This document shows, one piece after another, positions 1 through 12,302 of a stretch of 39,587 nt of DNA; position 1 is the stretch's first letter, and each line of letters starts with the position of its first letter. The position numbers and the translations under genes are program-made. This DNA is from Octopus sinensis (Eukaryota). The DNA is taken from assembly GCF_006345805.1 (NCBI RefSeq), contig NW_021835453.1, positions 1 to 39,587 of the forward strand, given 5' to 3'. The notes under the pieces are model-generated. The model saw nothing but the letters and a program-made list of their open reading frames with translations, ran no database searches and was not told the DNA's origin.

Positions 1-510
1 AAATCATACTAGCTCAAGCTTATGCCATTACCAATGTTAACAAGTTTATTTCGCTTTTTTTTTTTTGCTTTTTTCCAGCTTAATGGAGGATGGCTGGAAT
101 CATGAACTTTTGGATATGTGTTTATAGATATCACAAAAAACTTTTAGGATTAATGAGGGGTAATCAAAATTTATGTTAATGTAGTATAATTTTTCAAGAG
201 ATAAGAGAGGTTTCGTAACGGGATATTTATAGAGATTAAAACGAATATTCGTAGATTCATCTAAACAGTAATTCTATAACAAAACTTCTATCCATGTGTT
301 TTTGAACGTTTTTTTCTTCTTTTTTCTCATATATCGTCAGACTTCTATTCTTCATCGAAAATTTGGACAATCGGAAACTTGAAACTTAAAGTAGTTCCAA
401 GAGACTTCACCGTGTAAACAAAAAGTCAATGCTCACTACTAACATGTAGATACTGAGTATTTTTCTGTCTATGTAGACTCAAATGTTCCCCAATCAATCC
501 GGATATACAC

Positions 511-860
<350 letters not shown>

Positions 861-1169
861 AGAGAGATAGAGATAGATTTATAGGTAGATAGATGTGCAC
901 GCATTTATACAGGTATATTATTATATATATATATATATACATACACATACACACACATTCATACATACATACACACACACACATAAATATATGTAGGTAT
1001 TTATGGATATGTGTATATATGCATATGTATATGTGTGTATTATATGAATATATATATGTGTGTGTGTATGTTTATATATGTATGTATTTCTAATGCATAT
1101 TTGTGTAATTGGTATAGTTGACTTTATTAGTGAGAATTTATGGGAAATTAAAAAAAAAAAGTTTACCCC

Positions 1170-1473
1170 ATCACAACCACCACCATCATCGACAACACCG
1201 CCACAATCATCACCATCACCAACTCACTACCTTACCACCACCACTGCTACCACCTCCACTGCCACCACCACCACCACCACCACCAGTATTAATACTAACA
1301 ACAATAACAACAACAACAACACCAACAATAGCAGAAATTAGCAATAAATGGGTAATAATAATAACAATAATAATAATAATGATGATGATAATAGTAATAA
1401 TAATTTAATAATGATAATAATAATAATAATGATAATAATAATGATAATAATAATGATAATAATAATAATAATG

Positions 1474-1509
<36 letters not shown>

Positions 1510-2150
1510 GTAATAAAAGTAATAATGAATGTATGATATGATATTGAAAGACAGTAATAATTATGACAAACGTTTATAATGATAATGAATATATCTAATT
1601 ATTTGGTAATAAAAATAACGACGACAATAATACTACTAACGATGATGATGACGATGACGATGACGATGCTGATGATGATGACGACGATGTTGGTGGTAGT
1701 GATGGTGAAGATGATTATGATGATGGTGGTGATGATGATGATGATGATGATGATGGGGAGGTGACGGTGATGATGATGATGTGGAGGTGACGGTGATGAT
1801 GATGATGATGGGGAGGTGATGGTGGTGATGATGATGATGATGGGGAGGTGACGGTGAGGATGATTATGTTGATGATGGGAGGTGACGGTGATGATGATGA
1901 TGATGGGGAGGTGACGGTGATGATGATCATGGGGAGGTGACGGTGATGATGATGATGATGGGGAGGTGACGGTGATGATGATGATGTGGAGGTGGCGGTG
2001 ACGATGATGATGTGGAGGTGACGGTGATGATGATGATGATGATGATGGGGAGGTGATGGTGGTGATGATGATGATGATGGGGAGGTGACGGTGAGGATGA
2101 TGATGTTGATGATGATGTTGATGATGATGACGATAAATGGTTTTAATGAT
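1170..2150. repeat. Compound (CCA)/(CAA)/(AAT)/(GAT) tract. From ~1750 it is (GAT)n punctuated by GGGGAGGTGACGGT
   Basis: Visible. Confidence 0.92.
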
Positions 2151-2256
2151 GAGGATGACGTTTATTACAAATGTCGTGAACAATAGCAAAGAAGAAGAGA
2201 ACAAGAACAACAACAATATTAAAAAAAGCATTGCATACATGTAAATGGAAGCTTAC

Positions 2257-2286
2257 CTGTGCCATCTAGGGTTGGGGTTTGACCCA
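2257..2286 (-). CDS. Candidate downstream microexon (30 nt, phase 1-1; xGQTPTLDGTG) of the SMOC-like gene
   Basis: Acceptor ttgttgttgttttcag| and donor CAG|GTAAGC, with phase compatible with the EC exon. No recognisable homology. Confidence 0.4.
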
Positions 2287-2357
2287 CTGAAAACAACAAC
2301 AACAACGCAAAGAATATACATACATACACGTACATAGACATAAAGACACATGCACAG

Positions 2358-2392
<35 letters not shown>

Positions 2393-2538
2393 AAACATAC
2401 ATTCATACCTATACACATACAGGCATACATACACACACATATATATATATTATATAATTGTAAATTTATATATATATATATATATATATTATTGTATATG
2501 TACATATGTGTGCGTGTGTGTGTGCGTGTGCGTGTGCG

Positions 2539-2576
<38 letters not shown>

Positions 2577-3047
2577 ATGCGTGTATGTTCACCGCCTATT
2601 TCGCGGCAACTGATGGTCCGGCACCTGCTTTAATTTGGATAATTACAAAGGAGAACTTGAAATTCCTGTGGCCACCAGCCCAGCCCAGCCCTCTGCACGA
2701 CCACAGGGGGGTGTGTTGCGTGTTTTGTCATATTTACATGTATCACTTGTCAGTCTTTGAGATGTTTTCCTTTTCTATGTCTACTGCAGGTAAGAGAACT
2801 AAGGGCGTCTCAAGTTGTGCCAAACATAAACGTCAATCCACAGCGATCCAAGATCAGGTAGAATTGTTGAAAGGAAGTGGATCGTAGCGTTTCGGTGAGT
2901 AAGCCATGCAATATAATGAGTAATTAGTGGCACGGATGATCCGGCAAAACGGTTTATCTGTCAAAGCGTTGGAATCAAAGAACCGGTAGATCGGTGAAAT
3001 ACCTGTACTAATACATGTATATATGCACGCACACACAAACACACACC

Positions 3048-3525
3048 ATATATATATATATATATATACATATATATGCATGTATACATGTATATATATA
3101 CACACACACATATATATATATACATATATATATGCATATATAAATATACATATATATATATACATATATATGCATATATAAATATACATATATATATATA
3201 CATATATATGCATATATAAATATACATATATATATATACATATATATACATATATATGCATATATATATATACATATAAACATATACATACATATATATA
3301 TATACATATAAACATTACATACATTAATATATATATATATATATATATACATATATATGCATATATATATATATACATATATATGCATATATATATATAT
3401 ATATACATATATATGTATACATATAAACATATACATACATATATACATATATATACATATACATATATATATATGCATATATATGTATACACACACACAA
3501 ATATGTACATATATACATACACACA
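3048..3525. repeat. (TA)/(CATA) microsatellite tract
   Basis: Visible. Confidence 0.95.
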
Positions 3526-3714
3526 TATGTTAGCATCGGACACACTGCTTCTCATTAACATTGTAACCCAATTTTATAATTATATGTTTGAGAGATATAT
3601 TTACAGCTGTTGCGAAAAGTAGACCACGTGGCTCATACATCGGTCTCTTAGTAAGCAGGGGAACGGATCAAGTTGATCGTTTGAGTACCTTTGGGTTAAC
3701 ATTAAAGCACTCAC

Positions 3715-3763
3715 CTGGACTCCTTTACTTGCACCTGACTGCCGAGACGCAGTGGCGATGCTA
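3715..3763 (-). CDS. Candidate SMOC 3' exon (49 nt, phase 1-2; IASPLRLGSQVQVKES)
   Basis: Good donor CCAG|GTGAGT but weak acceptor (cgaatag). It could join the acceptor at 3003 to give RYFTDLPVL-stop (stop at 2975-2977). Speculative. Confidence 0.25.
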
Positions 3764-3912
3764 CTATTCGTATATATGTATGCATGTATATGCACGTATA
3801 TGCGTGTATATGTATGGCATGTGTGAGATCGTGTTGGTAGGTGCATATACCTACATATGTAGACACAAATCTGAACACACGCACACACACACACATATAT
3901 GTATATATATCA

Positions 3913-4051
3913 GGTCGACTTTGCCTTTCATCCTTTCGGGGTCGATAAATTAAGTACCAGTTACGCACTGGGGTTGATGTGATCGATTTAATCTCTTTGT
4001 CTGTCCTTGTTTGTCCCCTCTATGTTTAGCCCCTTGTGGGCAATAAAGAAA
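3913..4051 (+). mobile_element. SINE family B, 5'-truncated
   Basis: 3' half of family B, flanked by TATATATATCA on both sides (3902-12, 4052-62). Confidence 0.88.
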
Positions 4052-4291
4052 TATATATATCAACACACACGCACTCACATATACATAATAAGGCATATAT
4101 ATGCCATGTTTCATTGGTTGTTTCGTTTTCGTGTCTGGATCTATTGTTTAGCTGCTGGTTGTTAACTACTGCTGTCCTGTCGTTATCTAGTCATCTTAAG
4201 GCATTTTTATTTACAACTGCAATCACGTTTTCAATATTAATTGATTCTGATGTCTGCACTGGATTACAATCTCATTTCTTCTATCCAGTAA

Positions 4292-4344
<53 letters not shown>

Positions 4345-4974
4345 TGGAACGCTATATTAAAATTTTGCTTTTGTATGCTCCAGATTTGATGCGATAAAGT
4401 CGTTGCATTCTTCCTATTAGCGCAGAAGTAAGAGTAAATATATTGCGTCTATATATTATTAAATGTTCCCCTTTATTTATCGATGTAATTTTCATCAGTA
4501 CATATTTCTTACAGTACTTTTGTCTCATAAATGAATAGTTTTTCTACAATTACATCTTAACTGTCATATTCGTAAACGGTTTTGGTTGCATTAGTTTTCG
4601 ACCGAGCCTTTTGTCAGTATTGTGCCGAATAACATTAGTTTATTTCTACGTGTAGCTATAAATAACTTTAGGATTCTTTCAACTAAAAAGTCAAATGGTA
4701 CCCATTTTTAATGATTAACTGTATGGAATGTGTCACTATAGTTCGTGCTACACGTTCGCTAAAAGTGGATTGAACCAGAAGACCTTTCTTTTCGCTTGCT
4801 TAAGATTAGATATTTACTGTTAGTTTTTAAGGTTTCATTATTGAATGGCGCAGTTTGGTCAAATGTTAGTTCATCCTGCATATTTTTCTAAGGAATTTTG
4901 CTATTGGATGCGGGTAGTTGGAATATATGTGTATATATGAGAGCCCTTTTTCATTACGTTTTCCATACGATTAC

Positions 4975-5365
4975 TGGATGGAAGCACTCCGTCGGTTACG
5001 ACGATGAGGGTTCCGGTTGATCCGAATCAACGGAACAGCCTGCTCGTGAAATTAACGTGTAAGTGGCTGAGCACTCCACAGACACGTGTACCCTTAACGT
5101 AGTTCTCGGGGATATTCAGCGTGACACAGAGAGTGACAAGGCCGGCCCCTTGAAATACAGGTACAACAGAAACAGGAAGTAAGAGTGAGAGAAAGTTGTG
5201 GTGAAAGAGTACAGCAGGGATCACCACCACCCGCTGCCGGAGCCTCGTGGAGCTTTTTTAGGTGTTTTCTCTCAATAAACACTCACAACGCCCGGTCTGG
5301 GAATCGAAACCGCGATCCTATGACCGCGAGTCCGCTGCCCTAACCACTGGGCCATTGCGCCTCCA
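4975..5365 (-). mobile_element. tRNA-derived SINE family A, full length
   Basis: tRNA-like head with A box (TGGCCCAGTGG) and B box (GGTTTCGATTCC) and the shared body. A TSD-like ATACGATT flanks both sides (4965-72, 5365-72). Confidence 0.9.
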
Positions 5366-5588
5366 TACGATTCCTGCTTTTCTTGTTGTTAGGGTTGATA
5401 TTATGTCTAGTGAGGTAGCTATATGAATCTTGGTTTCAATGATTATTCTGAGGGTGAAATCTTCTCATGCATTTCTGTGCTACATACATACATATACGTA
5501 TATATGTGTATTTGTGTGCGTGTGTGTGTATGCAAACGCACACACACACACATATATAAATATATAACGTATGTACATACATACATAA

Positions 5589-5634
<46 letters not shown>

Positions 5635-5640
5635 CGTGAT

Positions 5641-5723
5641 CACAACGCCCGGTCTGGGAATCGAAACCGCGATCCTACGACCGCGAGTCCGCAGCCCTAA
5701 CCACTAGGCCATTGCGCCTCCAC
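5641..5723 (-). mobile_element. SINE family A head-only fragment
   Basis: Matches only the tRNA-like 5' ~83 nt of family A. Confidence 0.85.
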
Positions 5724-5738
5724 TTATATATATATATA

Positions 5739-6260
5739 CTAGCAGTATCGCCCGCCGTTGCTCGGGTTTGTAAGGGAAATAACTATATAAGCATTTTTAG
5801 AGAGTTACTTCCTTTATAGATGCCAATTCGGGCTTTCTTAGCCATTTCTGTTTTGGTGTCTTCAAGCCATGAAGTCGTTGTTCTAAAAGAACGCTGGTCT
5901 CCTTGACAACGCATTACGACGTTGATTTCCTTAAACTCCCTTCCCCACAGCTTCACGTGGGAGGGAAGAAGGGGGAGAAGCAAACACAGGTGCAGGTGTT
6001 TGAGCGTGGACGCCAACTCCGCCGCCATCGACACACGAAAAATTATGCATTAAAATGGAATAAAAAATGATGTTAAATTATTTTTAAAATCGTAGACTCA
6101 TCGTAGACGCGCGCTAATACTCAGACGGGCTCGATATGAATCACGACTATAAGATACCCGAATTTGGTTAAACTGCACCGCAAAATGTGGGAGGAGTTAG
6201 GAATCTAAATCGTAGGAGACAGACACTCACACAACTACAGTTTTATATATATATATATAT
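5739..6260 (-). mobile_element. Non-autonomous Helitron, same family as 20828-21225, with a different interior
   Basis: 3' CTAG at 5739-42 with hairpin (one mismatch). The 5' ~200 bp (gtagactcatcgtagacgcgcgctaatac...gtaggagacagac) aligns to the 20.8-21.0 kb copy, and the 5' end merges into (TA)n. Confidence 0.8.
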
Positions 6261-6519
6261 CCACGTTATTTCCATTCCATTATCTTATTTGTACATGTGT
6301 ATGTATTTCGCGTGAGTGTATCAATAGATGTGTGTGTATGCGTGTGTGTGTGTGTGTTATATGAGTATGTGTGAATGCATAGTTTTATAAAACATCCTAA
6401 GACTGATACATAGACTCACGGACATCGCCACATCTTATACACGCAGTCACGCAGCACACACTTCTCTATTCACTCTTACTCGTACACACTCTTCCGCCCA
6501 CACAGGAAAGAGTATTGAT

Positions 6520-7135
6520 TGCTTGCACAAGGAGAAAGAGTGTTATATTGTGAGAAGCGAACCAGGGTTTGCTGCAGACCATGAACTAGTGCATTTTGAA
6601 TACAGGGAACAGGTAATATGGAATGCTGAACACAGGGACCTACTTTGAGATAAGGAGTTTACTGAATACTGCGGCTGTATTGTCGGTCTATTGCGGTCTA
6701 TATTGAACAGGATAGTATGAGAATAATAGAGAAACAGGGTGTCTTAATCGCAGTGGTATACTATGGGTATACCATAGTAACGCACTGAAGATTAGAAGAT
6801 TGTCTACTACTACGACAGAGGGAAGAACATCGATTGGCTTCGACACAAGGGCCATGGAAAGACGCATGCAAGTACATATCCAAAATGAGGTGGTTCTAGA
6901 ACAAAGCGAAATGAATGAAAGCACAAATTCCTCCGGCGAGACGGATATATCGTAAAGTACTCCAATAACGAGTGGACCCAATGCAGTTTCCGAGTGTTAC
7001 CCAAGGGATTGGTAAAAACCAGTCGGAAAGCCTCTATGATGGGATGAGAAGACGATTTAGTAAAACAATTTGGCCCAAGATGGAAAAGAATGGCGCAATC
7101 AAGAATGAACTGGAAGTGCATTGTGACAAGCGGTA
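6520..7135 (+). mobile_element. Degenerate RTE-clade LINE, 3' end of ORF
   Basis: Across frameshifts: QGVLIAVVYYG (~QCVLPAMTYG), TRAMERRM, IQNEVV (~IRNEEI), GYIVKYSNNEWT (~GHIAR.TDNRWT) and EDDLVKQFGPRWKRMAQSRMNWK. Confidence 0.8.
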
Positions 7136-7612
7136 TATAACACCATCCTATAGTCTGCTTGATACAGGCGATAGGGATGATAGCTTTAAATTGCAAATGA
7201 CGGAACAAGGTGTTATTGTCATCGTTTACCTCCAGGTCAGCTCTGATTGAGTAGACATGAGGAAAGACATTCCTCCCATGACCTCACCATTATGTTATTG
7301 AAGTGTACAAATACGTTATCTAATGTATTTCTAAACATAAGATGATATATCCGACGGTTGTGATAGCTTGATATCCTGCGGCTTATTTTGATTATATATA
7401 GATAGATAGATGTGAGGGAGGTGTATTTGTGTGTGTGTGTGTGGTGTGTGTGTGTGTGTGTGTGTGGTGTGTGTGTGGTGTGTGTGTACGTATGTATATC
7501 AAACATGCTTGCATCAGCTGAAGAACGACAGCGAGTATAAATCACTGCCGAGAAACTCAGAGTGCTGAATGTAAGCGTTCTATGCTGCATCATTTAGTAT
7601 ATGTACATATAT

Positions 7613-7845
7613 ATTTCTTTACTACCCACAAGGGGCTAAACACAGAGGAGACAAACAAGGACAGACAAACGGATTAAGTCGATTACATCGACCCCAGTGC
7701 GTAACAGGTACTTAATTTATCGACCCCGGAAGGATGAAAGGCAAAGTCGACCTCGGCGGAATTTGAACTCGGAACGTAACGGCAGACGAAATACGGCAAC
7801 GCATTTCGCCCGGCGTGCTAACGTTTCTGCCAGCTCGCCGCCTTA
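7613..7845 (-). mobile_element. tRNA-derived SINE family B, full length
   Basis: Head aaggcggcgagctggcagaaacgttagc...gagttcaaattcc and body gtcgactttgcctttcatcct...gtcgataaattaagtac. Perfect 15-bp TSD TATATGTACATATAT (7598-7612, 7846-7860). Confidence 0.92.
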
Positions 7846-8208
7846 TATATGTACATATATTTGAGCGTGTGCACATATACATACATATCTCACAGCACAC
7901 ATACACACACATATATATATATGCGTGTACACACACACACACACACATACATATCTATGTATATATATATATATATACATGTATTTAGATACATATATAT
8001 ATACATACATACAATTTTATTTCTGATCGTTCAGACACTGATGGAGCCTCAATGTAGTTGTTCGACCTGATAAAAATGGCAGCAGCTAAATATCCCTCAA
8101 ACGGCACTATATTATCTTAAAGAGGAACAATACTCTGAGTAATCTATATTATTATCCTCATCATCATTATTATTATTATTATATTATTATTATTGTTATT
8201 ATTATTAT

Positions 8209-8468
8209 CAAAGACTCTCGGATAGTTCTTAATTACCGGTTATTCTTTACTTGAAAGCAGGCAATAACAAATCAGCAAAGGTTTCAAGTAGTGCCTTCTC
8301 CTGTGACTCAAAGAGACAATACTCTCTTTAGAATGCGAGCTGTACCCAAGAATGCTGTCTTCTGGATCACTTCGAGCCTGACAGCGGCTCCAACATTCTT
8401 AATATGTTTTTCAAAACCCTTGGAAACTGCTCCTAGTGCTCCAGTTACCACCGGTATCACCATTACCT
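8209..8468 (-). mobile_element. Extreme 3' end of an R4/Dong-like (REL-endonuclease) non-LTR retrotransposon with a (TAA)n tail
   Basis: VMVIPVVTGALGAVSKGFEKHIKNVGAAVRLEVIQKTAFLGTARILKRVLSL* (stop at 8308-10), ~100 nt 3' UTR, then (TAA)n. Confidence 0.85.
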
Positions 8469-8571
8469 TCTTCTTCTTCTTCTTCATCTTCTCCTTCTTC
8501 ATCTTCTTCTTCTCCTTCTTCCTATTATTATTATTATCATCATCATCATCATTATTATTAGAGTGGCGATC

Positions 8572-8803
8572 TGGCTGGACGTAATGCTTAGCGGTATTTC
8601 GCCCGTCGCTACGTTCTGGGTTCAAATTCTGCCGAGGTCGACTTTGCCGTTCATTATTATTATTATTATTATCATTATTATTATTAATATTATTATTATT
8701 ATTAGGGTGGTGATCTGGCAGAATCGTTAGCACGCTAGACGTAATGCTTAGTGGTATTTCGCCCGTCGCTAGGTTCTGTGTTCAAATTCCGCCGAGGCCG
8801 ACT
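8572..8803 (+). mobile_element. Two tandem head-only fragments of SINE family B separated by (ATT)n
   Basis: 8572-8652 and 8706-8803 both match ggcgagctggcagaa...gttcaaattccgccgaggtcgact. Confidence 0.8.
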
Positions 8804-9848
8804 TAATAATAGATTATTATTATTATCATTATTATTATTATTATCACTATTATTATGATCATTATTATTATTATTATCACTATTATTATTATTATTATTA
8901 TCATTATTATTAATTGTTATCATCAACTTAGCATCAGCGAAGACTGAATATTTATTTGCATTACATTTAACAGTATAATTGTTGTAGTTTAGCAATGGGT
9001 TGACTCAGATCAAGCAGTCCTATGACCCAAATCATTCTAGCCGTGTCCATACCATGTTTTTAGCCATATGAAAGATTACATTATCTAATATCTTATTTAA
9101 GATGGCAGGATGTGATTCGAACGAAATTCCGTTGCTATTTCTAGCAAGTTGAGCAACCATCCAGAGGCTCCTTCTATTGCTCGTTGTATTTGATATAATT
9201 GGAAGTCCAGATGTTAAAAAAGAGTCACTGGGAGTAATGAAATGTTATTTTAAGTGAAATGTTCACTGGTCACAGTGCGGATGGCAAACACACTTGTGTT
9301 TATGGGAAACACAGTGGAAATGCTAAAGAGAGGTTGTTATTGTTGCAGCTGCTGCTGTTGTTGCTGTTATGTTGCTCAACCTATAACCAGAAAACATTCT
9401 AGTCATCGCCAACCTAGTTTCAAACACACTCTATCCAACACGACATTTGTAATCTGTTTTTTAAGACAGTGAGGTATCATTTGAAGGAGGCTTGCCAATT
9501 ATTTCTAGCATATCCAGTGACAACTTACATGCCCTCTCATTGGCTCGAATATATAGAGATTGATGTTTAGCCACAAGTCGACCCTAATTGAGCAGATCTA
9601 AGGTAAGAGTCACTCCAGCCATAACCACCCCATCTTTTCGTTAGACACTACACTCAAAATTCGTAAGACCAGGATTAGAGAGAAATTAGCCCACTATTTT
9701 TTGAAGAACGAAAGGCCATGCAGAGATCCCCAAGTTTGTGCAAATAAAGTGGGGTAGTTTAGAAATATGTTAGCAGCACACCCTGATTAGAAGTTTCCTT
9801 CAAGAAAGGGAGTCAACAATGTTAGATGGATAAGTTTTATATACTCAC

Positions 9849-10091
9849 TGCTGTGATTAAGGCCTAAGCAAAATGTCCACTCTTTGCTGACAATTCTCTT
9901 GTCTTGGTCTGTATCACAGTAGTCAATGAAGCTTTTGGCACAGCGTCGGGGTTTCACCAGTTTCTTGACCAAACGTTTTAGAGACCTCACCTCGCCGGAT
10001 TTCAGCACGTTGTCTTTGTTGCGGTCCAGTTGTGAAAACTTCCATTCTACAATACGCTTCCGTGTTGCATTCTGGGAAGATTTATTTTGAC
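9849..10091 (-). CDS. SMOC: SMOC-like gene exon (243 nt, phase 1-1) encoding the C-terminal EC domain with two EF-hands
   Basis: Acceptor tgtttacag| at 10092 and donor CAGCA|GTGAGT at 9848. It translates GQNKSSQNATRKRIVEWKFSQLDRNKDNVLKSGEVRSLKRLVKKLVKPRRCAKSFIDYCDTDQDKRIVSKEWTFCLGLNHS. EF loops are DRNKDNVLKSGE and DTDQDKRIVSKE. The W-x-F-S-Q-L-D...K-P-x-x-C-A...Y-C-D...C-L-G pattern matches my recollection of the SMOC1/2 EC domain. Confidence 0.93.
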
Positions 10092-11131
10092 CTGTAAACA
10101 GAGAAGGGATCATGATATAATACGAATGATTGTCGGGTATGTATGTAGATGTATGTGTGCGCGCGCATGTGTATATGACATAGATAACAGATATAACGAG
10201 AAGGTAAGGCTGACAGAGAGAGGTAAACAAATAAAGATATAGAGATAGCCGTACATATGTATATATGTGCGACTATTGGAAAACAATCCAGAGGAGGACT
10301 CAATATAAACGTAAAGTGCAGAAGTTTGCTTAAGCCGATCGAGTGACCCCTTACTCCGATGTTTTTACGGCGTACACACAGACACGGGCTGGGTTGTGTA
10401 GCTAAGAATCTCACTTTGCAACAACCCCGTGGCTCCGCTTTGACCACACTACATGGCATTTTGGACAAGTGTTTTCTACTGAATCCACAACAAGGGTATC
10501 ACTGCATGGTTGCAGTCTTTTAAATGAAACTAAACGGTTCTTGGTCTCTTGACTGGTTTTGTTGTTTATATTGTACCCCCACATTGGTACATTATATTGG
10601 TCCTCGAAAACGCAAAGCGACCGGTTGCAATGTCAACAGGGAATATAAATGTCAAAACACCATTTTATTCAGTGACAAGCAGAGCTGTGGAATGTCAATA
10701 TTCACGCACATGCGCAGACACCCCCCTCAAAACACACACACACACACACAAACATATTCCACTCACAAAACATACGGAGGTGTCATAGAAGACATTTCCA
10801 CTTGCCCAACGTGCCGCTCAGTGAGAGTTGGCCCAAAAGCTTTGTGGTTGCGAAGTAAACTTCTTAACCAAACGACCATACTTGCATCCATTAATGTGCG
10901 TGTGTTCGTGGGGGCGGGGTGGGGGCATACGTATATACTCACACGCACACAAACATAACCAAAAGGGCTTTTCTACACAATCTTTACTTACTACAAATAT
11001 TATGTACAGCTTTATGTAAGTGCTTCGGGACCCAATATTCCAGAAATGAATTGCTTTCTCTCGAGAGTTCGTGTGTTCTTATGACATCAATAAGATACTT
11101 ACGTCCATACACACGTATGTGCGTGTCTGTG

Positions 11132-11183
<52 letters not shown>

Positions 11184-11371
11184 CAGTTGGTGACTTACAT
11201 GGCCAGCTTGGAACTTCGTAGAGAACGAAAGGCTGAATATCGCACCAACTGTTCGGCCTCCAATATAGATTCCATGTTTCTTTCTCTCATATTCACGCAC
11301 ACGCACAGAAACGAGCGCGCGCGCACACATGGGCGGAACAATCGAGAGAGAGAAAAGAGAGAGATACTTGC

Positions 11372-11482
11372 CTGATGACATAGAAGTCACCTGAGTGGGT
11401 CTCGGTGATCCTCGGTAATATTCGGCCGCAAATTCACTGATGAGATTGGTATTGAACACTTCTCGATCGGATTTCGAACATC
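11372..11482 (-). CDS. SMOC: SMOC-like gene exon (111 nt, phase 1-1), first helix of the EC module
   Basis: Acceptor ttgtctag| at 11483. It translates GCSKSDREVFNTNLISEFAAEYYRGSPRPTQVTSMSS(G), the GC...F...L...F...EY segment that precedes the EF-hands in SMOC proteins. It ends at CAG|GCAAGT (GC donor), in phase with the 10091 exon. Confidence 0.85.
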
Positions 11483-11488
11483 CTAGAC

Positions 11489-11528
<40 letters not shown>

Positions 11529-11641
11529 TAATTATAATAATAATAATTATTATAATAATAATACTATGTATACTATGAGTTTCTTTGCCCTAGGAGTCGG
11601 GAAGACACTCGGCAAGAAATGGAAGCAAATTTGAAAGAAAA

Positions 11642-11701
<60 letters not shown>

Positions 11702-11716
11702 GATGATGATGATGAT

Positions 11717-12262
11717 AAATGTCCTGACGCAGTACCAGGCAGTGGCTCCCATGGCTTTTGACCTTAACTGATTGGAATTGCTGTCATTACATGTTTTGTC
11801 TTGGTGTAAAAGAGGGGCTACAGCAAATATTCTGCTCAATACCACAGATTTGCTTGTCAGTTGTTTGACCGTAACCAGTTGAGCATGTCCCTTAGTGGCT
11901 GACGATATGTGCATCTCTGATCACGAGCAGAAGTAATGGGGGAGCATCATAGCCGTGTGTTGAGAGGAATTCTTTGTGGTTTGGATAATTCACCTTTGAA
12001 AATATGGACGTTTCGTTCAACATCCTTAAACAATCCTTATTCGGGGACCTTTTGAGCGGGATGGGCTACTCGACTTGAAGAAAATTCTAACTGAGCCCAC
12101 CTGCAAGGTTATGCGCTGTTTAAACTTGATATAAGATCACCATGTCGCACACATATGGTTGTGATGCATGTGCCTGGTGTACCGAAGACAAGTAGTCATG
12201 ATTGGGCTTCGTACATTTTACTCCAGCATCATTTTGGTCGCATGCACTGCTCTCTCACTCAC
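11717..12262 (+). mobile_element. ~550-bp (TAA)n-flanked interspersed element, full copy
   Basis: Aligns with 26123-26671. (AAT/GAT)n on the left and (TAA)n on the right. Confidence 0.85.
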
Positions 12263-12301
<39 letters not shown>

Positions 12302-12302
12302 T

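Noticed and set aside
5290-5365. tRNA-like sequences at SINE heads
   Set aside because: Each is attached to a SINE body or matches the head of one, so they are not independent tRNA genes.
7237-7380. Minus-strand peptide ...NTLDNVFVHFNNIMVRSWEECLSSCL, resembling an EF-hand or PAN motif
   Set aside because: No acceptor gives this frame in phase 1 after the EC exon, and phase-1 readings hit stops.
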